Shown here piece by piece: positions 8,516 through 17,700 of a stretch of 64,000 nucleotides of DNA. The stretch covers positions 46,843 through 110,842 of the forward strand of contig CAZIDZ010000003.1 of assembly GCA_964538455.1 (NCBI GenBank), given 5' to 3'. A program made the translations under genes and the position numbers. Below the pieces are notes generated by a model that saw nothing but the letters and a program-made list of their open reading frames with translations, did not search any database and was not told where the DNA came from. Each line of letters starts with the position of its first letter. Position 1 is the stretch's first letter. This stretch comes from an uncultured bacterium (GTDB lineage: Bacteria > Electryoneota > Electryoneia > Electryoneales > Electryoneaceae).

Positions 8516-10139
8516 CGATCAGCTCCTCCACGTCGAAGAAAACATGGCGTCCAACCGCTTCGAGAATCCGCTCCTCGAGCGCGGGCAGCAGCTTCGTTCC
8601 GTAGCGGATGAAAAAGTAGATCGGAGTGATCACACGTTCCTGGGGCCGGGCCGCCGGGAAAATGTGCGTCGAGAGTTTCTCAATGTGCGCGAGCGTGTCG
8701 CCGTGCCTTTGGTGCAGGCGGTCCTTCACTTTCTCGCGCATCTTGTCGACGTGATAGCGGATTTTCCGGTACGCCGACGAGACCAGGTTGTCGAGGCCTC
8801 CGAACTCCGGCTGCTCGACCAGCGCCAGAAGAACCTGTTCAGCTTCCATCAGGTGGGTATCGACAGTGTCGAATGCCTGGTTCGCGTGTTCCTCGCTCTG
8901 GTCGGCCACAAGCCGCTCCTTCAGCTTTTCGATGTCGCCGAAAAATTCGAACGGCTCGAGCTCGAACTTGTCCAGGCTCCGCCGCACCTTGTTCTCGATC
9001 AGTGTCAGGCTGGCGCGGGGGACAACCGCCGGGGCGGGTATGACGGCCGATTCGAACGCGGTGTTCAACTGACTCCAATAGGCCATTTCGTGCGGACCGG
9101 CCACGTAGGCGGCGGTCGGCAGCAGCCAACCCTGCTGCAACGGGCGAAGGGTTACTCCCGCAGATAACGATTCAGGGCTCTCCCCGGCGATCTTTTTCAA
9201 CTCATCGTGCGTGAGGATGATGTCGCTGCGCGCTCGAATCTGCTTTCCTTCGAGCACGACTTTGCGCCGCATACCATCCTCGTGCACGAAGAGCGCCGGA
9301 CGGCCGGGTTCCACCATGGCCTGTAACGGATATCCGGCATGACGGATCTCTTCCGAACGATCCACCATCATTGCCAGCAGTCGGTCGATATCCCGGACGG
9401 TGTCTTCCCAGAACGGCCTCGATGCCCGTTTCACCTGCTCGTCCTCGGGATCAAATAAAACGACCCCCAGCTCCCCGAGCAGGGTGTACGCGAGGGAACG
9501 GAAGGCCTCCGTGAAGGTCGATTTCGGCGTGTAGCACTCTTCCAGAGCGTTCAGCATGTCCTGCTTGAATTCGCTCTCCGGCATATCCCGGCGCACCGCG
9601 GAGAGCATTTCAGTAGCGATTGGCCCCAGGGAGATGCCGCCGACGGGAATGTGGTTGTCCTGCTGCGCCGCCTTGTACCCCGCCAGCCGGTTGTGCAAAT
9701 CGATCCAGTGCACCTGGGCGGCTTCCGCGAGATTGTGATCGCTGGTCGCCATCCAGAAGATGGGAACGGTGCGGACGCCGGATTCTGACTCCATCTTTCG
9801 CGCAAGCGCGATGGTGGTCAGCGCCTTGTAGAGCGTCAGCAGCGGACCGCCCGCCAGTCCCACCTGCTGACCGGTGACCACCGCCAGGGTGGTGGGGGAG
9901 CGGAGAGCTTCCAGGTTCTGTCTCGAGGCATCTGTCAGGCGCTCGCCCGCTGCGGCGATCATCCGGTCCACGAGCAGGTCGCGGGGACGGTCGCGCTTGG
10001 CTTCCTGCTCACTTTTCTGTTCCCAGAACGCAGCGTCCGGCATCACCCGGTATCCGAACGGAACTCGGCCTGTCCGGTTTACCACCTCCGCGACGAGTTG
10101 CGGCACATCCGGGAATTCGTGAAGGCCGATCGAATTCAT
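8505..10139 (-). CDS. bshC: bacillithiol biosynthesis cysteine-adding enzyme BshC
   Basis: 544 aa. 'VVTGQQVGLAGGPL', 'VPIFWMATSDHNL', 'VAGPHEMAYWSQL' and 'PQERVITPIYFFIRYG' parallel the B. subtilis BshC (YllA) blocks. Confidence 0.93.
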   Translation of the reverse strand: MNSIGLHEFPDVPQLVAEVVNRTGRVPFGYRVMPDAAFWEQKSEQEAKRDRPRDLLVDRMIAAAGERLTDASRQNLEALRSPTTLAVVTGQQVGLAGGPLLTLYKALTTIALARKMESESGVRTVPIFWMATSDHNLAEAAQVHWIDLHNRLAGYKAAQQDNHIPVGGISLGPIATEMLSAVRRDMPESEFKQDMLNALEECYTPKSTFTEAFRSLAYTLLGELGVVLFDPEDEQVKRASRPFWEDTVRDIDRLLAMMVDRSEEIRHAGYPLQAMVEPGRPALFVHEDGMRRKVVLEGKQIRARSDIILTHDELKKIAGESPESLSAGVTLRPLQQGWLLPTAAYVAGPHEMAYWSQLNTAFESAVIPAPAVVPRASLTLIENKVRRSLDKFELEPFEFFGDIEKLKERLVADQSEEHANQAFDTVDTHLMEAEQVLLALVEQPEFGGLDNLVSSAYRKIRYHVDKMREKVKDRLHQRHGDTLAHIEKLSTHIFPAARPQERVITPIYFFIRYGTKLLPALEERILEAVGRHVFFDVEELIDES

Positions 10140-10924
10140 GGTCGCTTCCAGGCAAGCAGGATCATACGTTCGCTTTCGGACGCAATGTACTCTCCACCGT
10201 TATAATCGCCAGCCCAGGCAAACGTGTCGTAGCCCGCTTCACTCGCGAACGCGGCGATTTCCTCTTGTGTGAAAAGGCGAACACTTTCGAACACTTCTCG
10301 TGTCTCCCCGGACTGGTAGGAGATTCGCACGTGTTTCTCGATGCGCTGTGCCACGGGATTGTAGTGACGGGTTTGAATGGCCCTCAGGCCACTCTCTTCA
10401 ACGGTGTCGCAGGGAATAAGCCCGGAAATCGCAGTTTCCGGGTTCATCAGGTCAAGCACCAGAAGGCCTCCTGCGGCCATCACCCGCGACGCTTCAGCCA
10501 GCGCGCGGCGATGCTCATCGTCGTGCCGGAAATATCCGAAACTTGTGAATGCGCTGAGCCCGAGACCAAAAGTCTCATCCGCGAAGGGGAGGCTCCGTAA
10601 ATCTCCCCGCACGAAACCGACGGAGGCGTTGTCCGCTGTCGCGGTTTCGTGTTCGTCGGCTTCGCGGGCGTGGCGCAGCATCGTCAGGGAGAGATCGACG
10701 CCCGTTACCTCCCAACCGAGCAGGCTCATCGCCCACGCGTGCCTGCCCGCGCCGCAGCCGAGATCGAGCGCTTGTGAGTTCGGTAGACGGTCCCTGAACG
10801 AGTTCGCCAGCCACTGGACGAGGCGTCGCGCTTCGGCCGGACTGCGGTGGCGGTAGAGGATCAGGTAGGTGTCGTCGAACCAATCCTCGTACCACTCCTT
10901 GTCGTTCGCGGGTGCGCTCATCAT
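10136..10924 (-). CDS. class I SAM-dependent methyltransferase (candidate bacillithiol N-methyltransferase)
   Basis: Motif I 'ALDLGCGAGRHA'. 262 aa counted from ATG 10924. Its stop overlaps the bshC ATG (ATGA at 10136-10139). The ORF extension to 11623 is Arg/His-rich non-coding. Confidence 0.85.
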   Translation of the reverse strand: MMSAPANDKEWYEDWFDDTYLILYRHRSPAEARRLVQWLANSFRDRLPNSQALDLGCGAGRHAWAMSLLGWEVTGVDLSLTMLRHAREADEHETATADNASVGFVRGDLRSLPFADETFGLGLSAFTSFGYFRHDDEHRRALAEASRVMAAGGLLVLDLMNPETAISGLIPCDTVEESGLRAIQTRHYNPVAQRIEKHVRISYQSGETREVFESVRLFTQEEIAAFASEAGYDTFAWAGDYNGGEYIASESERMILLAWKRP

Positions 10925-11044
10925 CCCTTCGTAGATTCTTGTAAAGTGAAAATATAGACAGGTCTCCAGGATAGGACAAGGCGGCGCCGGCTCACCTCGA
11001 GCGGGCTTGTGTACCTTCTGTGGTGGACGTACCTTCGGACCGTT

Positions 11045-12757
11045 ATGAGAACGCTGATTCCTTCGCTTTTCCTTGTTGTCACGATACTTCTGGCGGGTTG
11101 CGCGAACACTGGACCTCCCCCCGGCGGACCGGTGGACAAGACGCCCCCGGAAATCGTTGAAACCAGCCCGGCGCCGGGAACCGTCAGCGTCCCCCGCGAC
11201 GTGGCGGTGTCCGTGACGTTCAGCGAACCTGTAAAAACCTCGAATGTCGCCCAGGCGTTTTCGCTCTCGCCCTCTCCGCCGGGCGCAGTCCACGCGCGAT
11301 GGAAGGGAAAAACCGTCACCTTCCGCTTCGATCCTAAGCTGCTTCCTGACAGAACCTATGTGCTCACCTTGGGCACTAATACGCAGGACCTGCACGGGAA
11401 TTCCCTCAAGGAGACATTCCACCTGCCGTTCTCCACCGGCGAAAAGCTGGATATGGGGTGGGCGAAAGGCAGGATCCTGGTGGAAGGCTCCGCGGCGGGA
11501 TGGAGCATCATCGGGTATTTTCTCGAACAGGCGGACAGCCTGAACGTAGAACCCGATCCTGCTCATGAGGTCCCCGATGCTGCAACCCAGGCTAATACGG
11601 ACGGAACCTGGGAGCTGCTTCACCTGCGCGCGGGATCATGGCGGATCTTCTCGTTTAAGGATGCCGACGGCGACCGGCTGTGGACTCCGTGGTCAGAGCA
11701 GCTGGCAGTGCCACCGTTCGATGTAAAGGTCTCGGAGGATACGACTTTTCAGTCTCGGTTCCTGACGCTGCTGCCCACCGTCCGACCGACCCTGCCGCTA
11801 CTTGTCCGCGTCACTTCAATGGTGCGCGACGTGATCGAACTCCGGTTCGATAAAAAACCTTTCGTACTAGACGGGCAGTATGAATTGCAGCCAGTGCCTG
11901 ACAGTCTTGCGAAAAAGCTGGATATGAAGGTTGTCCCGTCCGACGCTGAAATTCCGGTCGCGGAATCCCGGTTCAAAGCCGGGGATTCCACTACGGTGCA
12001 ATTGAAACTCGCAAGCATGCCCGAGGGGGATTTGCTGCAAATGCACTTCTCGGGGTCGTACGGAACCGACGCCACCCTGGATACGACACTGGCCGTGTCG
12101 TTGCTCCGCTCCGCCACGGTGGACACCTTTCTCCCCGGTATCGTGGCGATCTTGCCGCCCGCGAACTCGAGGCTGCACAAGGGCGAAAACGAGGTGGAAC
12201 TGACCTTCTCGAAGCCGATGGCCTCGCTCCGGCGGGGAGCCATTTCGCTGGTCTACGGCGCCACGTCCGACACCGTGCAACCGGTGATTGGAGAGCGCGA
12301 CCCCTGGCGGAGATGGGTGGAGGTCGACCCTTCGGTGGGCGGAAACCTTCAGGTTCTGCTATTGGGTGCGATGATACTCGATGGCAACGGCTACGCGTTT
12401 GAAGACAGCCTGCGAATCATCCGTTACACCCTGCTTCCCAGGGATTCGCTGGGGGTCGTCAGCGGCACCGTCAGCGCCGCTGGTCCCTCGGCCCAGGTGC
12501 ACCTCAGGCTTGTCTCGCTAAGTGGAAAGGACCTCACACTCTCCCAGAACCTCGATCGCGCGGGTCCCTTTCGATTTGCTTCCGTCCCGGCCGGGGAGTG
12601 GCAGCTTAGAGGCTGGTTGGACCTCGACCGAAATGGTAGCTGGACGGCGGGCAGCGCGCTGCCCTTTGTGGCGTCCGATCCCGTCTACGTCGCGGCGGAC
12701 ACCATCACCGTTCGCGCGCGTTGGGAAAGCGGTGCGACGGCCTTTATATTCCCCTGA
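11045..12757 (+). CDS. lipoprotein with SbsA-type Ig-like domain(s)
   Basis: Signal peptide plus lipobox 'LLAGC', then 'PPEIVETSPAPGTVSVPRDVAVSVTFSEPV', typical of Big_5/SbsA Ig domains. The C-terminal 'GTVSAAG...VPAGEWQLRGWLDLDRNG' resembles a carboxypeptidase-regulatory-like fold. Confidence 0.7.
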   Translation: MRTLIPSLFLVVTILLAGCANTGPPPGGPVDKTPPEIVETSPAPGTVSVPRDVAVSVTFSEPVKTSNVAQAFSLSPSPPGAVHARWKGKTVTFRFDPKLLPDRTYVLTLGTNTQDLHGNSLKETFHLPFSTGEKLDMGWAKGRILVEGSAAGWSIIGYFLEQADSLNVEPDPAHEVPDAATQANTDGTWELLHLRAGSWRIFSFKDADGDRLWTPWSEQLAVPPFDVKVSEDTTFQSRFLTLLPTVRPTLPLLVRVTSMVRDVIELRFDKKPFVLDGQYELQPVPDSLAKKLDMKVVPSDAEIPVAESRFKAGDSTTVQLKLASMPEGDLLQMHFSGSYGTDATLDTTLAVSLLRSATVDTFLPGIVAILPPANSRLHKGENEVELTFSKPMASLRRGAISLVYGATSDTVQPVIGERDPWRRWVEVDPSVGGNLQVLLLGAMILDGNGYAFEDSLRIIRYTLLPRDSLGVVSGTVSAAGPSAQVHLRLVSLSGKDLTLSQNLDRAGPFRFASVPAGEWQLRGWLDLDRNGSWTAGSALPFVASDPVYVAADTITVRARWESGATAFIFP

Positions 12758-12802
12758 CCTTGAGAAAACAGGGAAAACCGAAACGGTAAAATCGGGATTT
12801 GG

Positions 12803-13876
12803 ATGAACTACGCGGTGATCATGGCGGGAGGGAAGGGCACACGTTTCTGGCCCATCTCCACGCCCCAGCGTCCTAAACAACTGCTCTCCCTCTTCGACGG
12901 AGAGACAATGATTGAAGCGACGATGAAACGGGTGGAATCCTTGATTCCCTTGCAAAATCAGAGAATCGTAACCATTTCGGAACAGGTCGCGTTGATTCAG
13001 CAACACGTTGCTAAATTGGAAGATAGCAACTTCATCATCGAGCCCTTTGCGAAAAACACGGCCCCCTGTATCGGTCTTGCCGCCGTCACATTGATGAAGC
13101 AGGATCCCGATGCGCTGATGGTTGTGTTGCCCGCGGATCACCAGATCGACGATGTGAAGCAGTTCCAGGAGGTGCTCCAGCGAGCGATCTCGGTCGTGGA
13201 GCAACGTGATGCAATTGTGACAATCGGCATAAAACCGACGCGTCCCGAAACAGGATATGGTTACATTCAATTCGAGCGCGAGGAGGTGAACGGAGGGATT
13301 CACAGGGTTGTGACCTTCGCGGAAAAACCAAATCGCGACACGGCGATACGTTTCCTCGAATCCGGGGAATTCCTTTGGAACAGCGGCATTTTCGTCTGGT
13401 CGGCGAGACGCATCGTGTCGGAAATTGAGGACTATCTGCCCGAATTGTACGCGGCGTTGATGGAAATGATGGCCGCGAGCGGAACCGAGGAAGCCGAAGA
13501 GCGCATTCGCCGGGCGTACCAGAGCGTGAAACCGATCTCCATCGATTACGGGGTCATGGAGCACACCCCGAATGCATACGTCGTCCCCGGCCCTTTCGGC
13601 TGGAGCGACGTCGGGAGCTGGGACGAGATTTACCGCCTCAGTGAAAAAAATGAGGATCAGAACGTTTTGCGCGGGCGTGTCTTTACGATTGACACCCACG
13701 ATTCCTATGTTGTCAGCGAATTGGAGATGCCTGTGGCGGTGATCGGGATGAGCGGGGTCATCGTCGTCCAGACGGAGGAAGGGATTCTCGTGTGCCCTCG
13801 AAATCGCGACCAGGACGTGCGCGAAATGGCGGAAAAGGTGCAAAAATCCCGTCAGCAGAACGGGAAAAGGCAGTGA
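12803..13876 (+). CDS. mannose-1-phosphate guanylyltransferase
   Basis: 'AVIMAGGKGTRFWPIS', 'GYGYIQ', 'FAEKP' and 'WNSGIFVW'. Confidence 0.9.
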   Translation: MNYAVIMAGGKGTRFWPISTPQRPKQLLSLFDGETMIEATMKRVESLIPLQNQRIVTISEQVALIQQHVAKLEDSNFIIEPFAKNTAPCIGLAAVTLMKQDPDALMVVLPADHQIDDVKQFQEVLQRAISVVEQRDAIVTIGIKPTRPETGYGYIQFEREEVNGGIHRVVTFAEKPNRDTAIRFLESGEFLWNSGIFVWSARRIVSEIEDYLPELYAALMEMMAASGTEEAEERIRRAYQSVKPISIDYGVMEHTPNAYVVPGPFGWSDVGSWDEIYRLSEKNEDQNVLRGRVFTIDTHDSYVVSELEMPVAVIGMSGVIVVQTEEGILVCPRNRDQDVREMAEKVQKSRQQNGKRQ

Positions 13877-13891
13877 CCAGAGGTATTCTGT

Positions 13892-14146
13892 ATGCGGCGG
13901 ACGGAGATCTTCGAGCGGCTGTTGGAAACGGCAAAGACTGTTTTTGATAAAGTTGAGGTTGCACAGGGCGATTTTCGCGGAGGAACCTGTCAGGTCCGCG
14001 GCGAAAAACACCTGATCCTCAACAAAGGTGCGAATCTCGACACAAACTTGCGGCTTCTGTCGAACGCTCTCGCAGAGGCGAAGCTGGACGAGACCTACCT
14101 GCTGCCAGCGCTTCGAGAAGCCATCGAAAAGTTCTCCGACCGCTGA
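13892..14146 (+). CDS. small hypothetical protein (84 aa)
   Basis: GC3-rich codon usage like its neighbours. Fills the gap between manC-like and crp-like genes on the same strand. No family recognised. Confidence 0.5.
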   Translation: MRRTEIFERLLETAKTVFDKVEVAQGDFRGGTCQVRGEKHLILNKGANLDTNLRLLSNALAEAKLDETYLLPALREAIEKFSDR

Positions 14147-14162
14147 AGGGAAGGGGGGATGG

Positions 14163-14864
14163 ATGAAAGATCCGGATATCCCGAAGAGCACTGCGGAACT
14201 GTTGAAGGGGGTACCCCTTTTTAACGATCTGGAAGATGCAGACCGTCAGCGCATCGGGGACCTCATGGTTTCAAAGAAATTCAAGAAAAACAACCTCATT
14301 ATCTTCGAAGATGACCTCGGGCGGAACCTTTTCATCATCCAGTTGGGGCGTGTCAAAATCAGCGGTATTTCCAGTGAGGGCGGGGAAGCCATCTTCTCGA
14401 TTCTGGGTCCGGGTGAGTTCTTCGGCGAGCTTTCGATCATCGACGGACTTCCGCGCAGTGCCACGGTGACCAGCATCGACGATGTCGAATTGTGGGTTCT
14501 GAATCGAGGTGACTTCCTTGAGATGTTGCAGAAATACCCGCAGATTGCCATCTCACTGCTCAAGGAACTGGCCAGTCGAATTCGTCGCAGCGATATGCAA
14601 ATCAAGAGTTTAACGTTAAAGGACGCCCGCGGCAGGGTGGGTATGACACTTGTTCGCCTTGCCGAGGATATCGGGATCATGCGGGGCGGCAAGGTTGTCA
14701 TCAGCCAATTGCCGCTGCAGCGCGATCTCGCCAACATCGCCGGCACCAGCAGGGAGACGATCAGCCGCGTCTTCAAGAAATTCGAGGATGAGGGATTGCT
14801 GGTCAAAGTGGAGAACAGCCTGGTGTTCAACGATTACGAGACGTTCAAAAAAATGTTCACGTGA
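14163..14864 (+). CDS. Crp/Fnr family transcriptional regulator
   Basis: cNMP-binding 'FGELSIIDGLPRSATV' and C-terminal HTH 'SRETISRVFKKFEDEGLL'. No N-terminal Cys cluster, so it is not an FNR-type O2 sensor. Confidence 0.9.
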   Translation: MKDPDIPKSTAELLKGVPLFNDLEDADRQRIGDLMVSKKFKKNNLIIFEDDLGRNLFIIQLGRVKISGISSEGGEAIFSILGPGEFFGELSIIDGLPRSATVTSIDDVELWVLNRGDFLEMLQKYPQIAISLLKELASRIRRSDMQIKSLTLKDARGRVGMTLVRLAEDIGIMRGGKVVISQLPLQRDLANIAGTSRETISRVFKKFEDEGLLVKVENSLVFNDYETFKKMFT

Positions 14865-14912
14865 ATCGAAACACACGGCTGGATCGAGTGAGCCCTGTTG
14901 CAATCGCCGGTG

Positions 14913-15941
14913 ATGTCGCAGGCGACTCGCACAGGGTTTCTTTCGCACGGGAACTTGAATGGAGTAGTAACCTTCAGGATGACGGCCGACAGGAACAGGG
15001 AATTGCTGGCAGCATTCCGGGGCGGGGATCGTCGCGCCTTGGCACGCTTGCTCTCGATGGTCGCCAATCGCTCCCCGGACATCAACGGAATGCTTGACGA
15101 TTTGTTTGCGCTCACCGGGGAGGCCTGGCGCGTCGGGATCACGGGGCCGCCCGGCGCGGGGAAAAGCACCCTGGTCAACCGGCTGGTCGCCGCATACCGC
15201 AGCCGGGAGCTGACTGTCGGCGTAATCGCCTTCGATCCCACGAGCCCCTTTACCGGCGGAGCGTTGTTGGGCGATCGCGTCCGGATGGAGATGGTCAGCC
15301 AGGACCCGGCTGTTTTCATCCGCAGTCTTGCCACCCGGGGGCACATGGGGGGGCTCGCTGTCGGCGTCGATGAGTCTTGCGACCTGATGGACGCCTTTGG
15401 GAAGCAGCGCGTCCTGATCGAAACCGTGGGAGTCGGGCAGTCCGAGCTGGAGATCGCGGAGTCCGCCGATACCACTGTCGTCGTGCTGATGCCGCAGTCG
15501 GGGGATGCAATCCAGGCGATGAAGGCCGGGTTGATGGAGATCGCGGATATCTTCGTGCTTAACAAGTGTGACCGCGAAGACGCCGATCGAGCCTACCAGG
15601 AACTCGCAGGCATCCTGAGCTTGAAAGATCCACAGGGGGGATGGCGGCCTCCAATCATCCGGACCATCGCCGCTCAGGGGGATGGTGTGGATGAGCTGCT
15701 CGATGCGGTCAACCTCCACCACAGCCACCTCGTCGACACGGGCCGGCTTGTCGAACGGCGTTCCAAACGCCACGCCGCGAAAACCCGCCGCCTCGTCGAG
15801 GATGATTTGCGCCGCCGCCTGTGGCAGGCGGAGCGGAAGCGAGAGTCAGGCGAGGGGCTGGAGGGTGGACAGTCGCCGTACGAGCTTGCGAAACGACTGA
15901 TCGATGATTTTTACGAGGAGATCCGGGATGAAGAAGCCTGA
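14913..15941 (+). CDS. MeaB/ArgK-type G3E GTPase (mutase chaperone)
   Basis: P-loop '[14 protein letters not shown]', '[10 protein letters not shown]' and 'LNKCDRED'. Start is uncertain: TTG 14898, ATG 14913 and ATG 14979 are all possible. The 3' end overlaps the mutase start. Confidence 0.9.
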   Translation: MSQATRTGFLSHGNLNGVVTFRMTADRNRELLAAFRGGDRRALARLLSMVANRSPDINGMLDDLFALTGEAWRVGITGPPGAGKSTLVNRLVAAYRSRELTVGVIAFDPTSPFTGGALLGDRVRMEMVSQDPAVFIRSLATRGHMGGLAVGVDESCDLMDAFGKQRVLIETVGVGQSELEIAESADTTVVVLMPQSGDAIQAMKAGLMEIADIFVLNKCDREDADRAYQELAGILSLKDPQGGWRPPIIRTIAAQGDGVDELLDAVNLHHSHLVDTGRLVERRSKRHAAKTRRLVEDDLRRRLWQAERKRESGEGLEGGQSPYELAKRLIDDFYEEIRDEEA

Positions 15942-17640
15942 CACTGAAAAGAGCGGCAACGGAAACCGGCCCTATCAGACATACAGACAGGATCGCGAAC
16001 GGTGGGAGCGGGAAATCTATCGTCCCCAGGGACAGCTCCGCTCTGACGGGGTCGCCTTTACCACCGTCTCGTCCGAAGAGGTTCCGCACATCGTCGGTCC
16101 GGAGTATCTCGACCAGGAAAACTGGGATCCGCGGGAACGGCTCGGCTGGCCGGGAGAATACCCCTACACGCGCGGGATTCACCCGACGATGTACAGGGGA
16201 AGACTCTGGACGATGCGCCAGTTCGCCGGATTTGGAACGCCGCAGGAGACGAACGCCCGGTACAAATTCCTGCTTGAGCGCGGGCAGACCGGCCTTTCCG
16301 TTGCCTTCGATCTGCCTACGTTGATGGGCCGCGACGCGGACGATCCGCTGTCGCAGGGTGAGGTGGGAAAGTGCGGGGTTTCGGTGTCGAGCCGCGAAGA
16401 CATGGACGTTCTTTTCGACGGCATCGACATGGACAAGATCACCACCTCAATGACGATCAACGGCCCCGCTGCGATCATCTGGGCATTCTTCATCGCGTCG
16501 GCAGAGCGCAAGGGAATCTCACGCGACAAGCTGGCGGGGACGCTGCAAAACGATATTCTTAAAGAGTTTATCGCCCAGAAGGAATTCATCTTTCCGCCGG
16601 AACCGAGTGTCAAACTGGTCGTCGATACGATCGAATTCGCCACCACCGACCTGCCGCTCTGGAACAGCGTTTCCGTTTCGGGATATCACATCCGCGAGGC
16701 GGGTTCGACGGCGGCGCAGGAACTCGCCTTCACCCTGATGGACGGATTCACGTACGTCGAGGAAACATTGAAACGGGGCCTTGAAATCGATTCGTTCGCC
16801 CCGAGGATCAGCCATTTCTTCAACAGCCACGTCGATTTCTTCGAGGAGATCGGGAAATTCCGGGCCGCCCGCAGGATTTATTCCGACCGCCTCCGGAACC
16901 GCTACAAGGCAAAGCAGGAGCGGAGCTGGCTGCTGCGTTTCCACACGCAGACCGCTGGCTGCAGCCTGACGGCGCAGCAACCGGAAAACAACATTGTGCG
17001 GACGGCCACTGAAGCCATGGCGGCGATTCTCGGTGGAACCCAGTCGCTGCACACCAACAGCATGGATGAGACCCTCGCGCTTCCCAGCGAAAAAGCGGTC
17101 AAAATCGCCCTCAGAACGCAGCAGGTTCTCGCGTACGAGACCGGCGTCGCAAACGTCATGGACCCTCTCGGCGGCAGCTATTTTGTCGAATACATGACAG
17201 ATCGAATCGAGCAGCAGGCCCTGGACTACATCCGACGCATCGAGGAGATGGGCGGCGTCGTGCGGGGTATCGAGAACGGTTTCTTTCAGAAGGAGATCGC
17301 CCAGGCAGCCTACCGCCATCAGCAGGAGCTCGACCGTGGGGAGCGCGTCATCGTCGGCGTCAACCGCTTCGAGGAACCCGGAGAGAAACTGGAAATTCCA
17401 CTGTTGAAAATCAGCGCGGATGTGGAAAGCCAGCAGGTGCAGCAGCTGGCCGATCTCAGGGCGAAACGTGACTCCGCTAAAGCGGAACAATCGCTTAAAG
17501 CATTGCACGAGGCCGCTGAACAGGGGGCGAATGTGATGCCCTTCCTTGTCGATTGCGCCCACGCCGATGTTACTCTTGGGGAAATGGTTCATGTGCTCGA
17601 GGAAGTCTACGGCACCTATGTGGAGACGGCATATTTCTGA
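15928..17640 (+). CDS. B12-dependent acyl-CoA mutase large (catalytic) subunit, isobutyryl-CoA-mutase-like
   Basis: Collinear with the MutB TIM-barrel domain ('[10 protein letters not shown]', '[10 protein letters not shown]', '[15 protein letters not shown]', 'SLHTNSMDE'), but has 'RQFAGF' and 'EFIAQKEF' where MCM has Tyr89 and Arg207. Confidence 0.9.
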   Translation: MKKPDTEKSGNGNRPYQTYRQDRERWEREIYRPQGQLRSDGVAFTTVSSEEVPHIVGPEYLDQENWDPRERLGWPGEYPYTRGIHPTMYRGRLWTMRQFAGFGTPQETNARYKFLLERGQTGLSVAFDLPTLMGRDADDPLSQGEVGKCGVSVSSREDMDVLFDGIDMDKITTSMTINGPAAIIWAFFIASAERKGISRDKLAGTLQNDILKEFIAQKEFIFPPEPSVKLVVDTIEFATTDLPLWNSVSVSGYHIREAGSTAAQELAFTLMDGFTYVEETLKRGLEIDSFAPRISHFFNSHVDFFEEIGKFRAARRIYSDRLRNRYKAKQERSWLLRFHTQTAGCSLTAQQPENNIVRTATEAMAAILGGTQSLHTNSMDETLALPSEKAVKIALRTQQVLAYETGVANVMDPLGGSYFVEYMTDRIEQQALDYIRRIEEMGGVVRGIENGFFQKEIAQAAYRHQQELDRGERVIVGVNRFEEPGEKLEIPLLKISADVESQQVQQLADLRAKRDSAKAEQSLKALHEAAEQGANVMPFLVDCAHADVTLGEMVHVLEEVYGTYVETAYF

Positions 17641-17700
17641 TACAGGGTTGTTTCGGGTCCGCGCGGCCGGACCGATCGGCTGAAAGAAAGGCTTTGGAGG

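Noticed and set aside
12518-14191. 557-aa ORF on the minus strand
   Set aside because: It is antisense to the mannose-1-phosphate guanylyltransferase gene and the 84-aa ORF. It has no recognisable domain and a skewed Arg/His/Phe composition.
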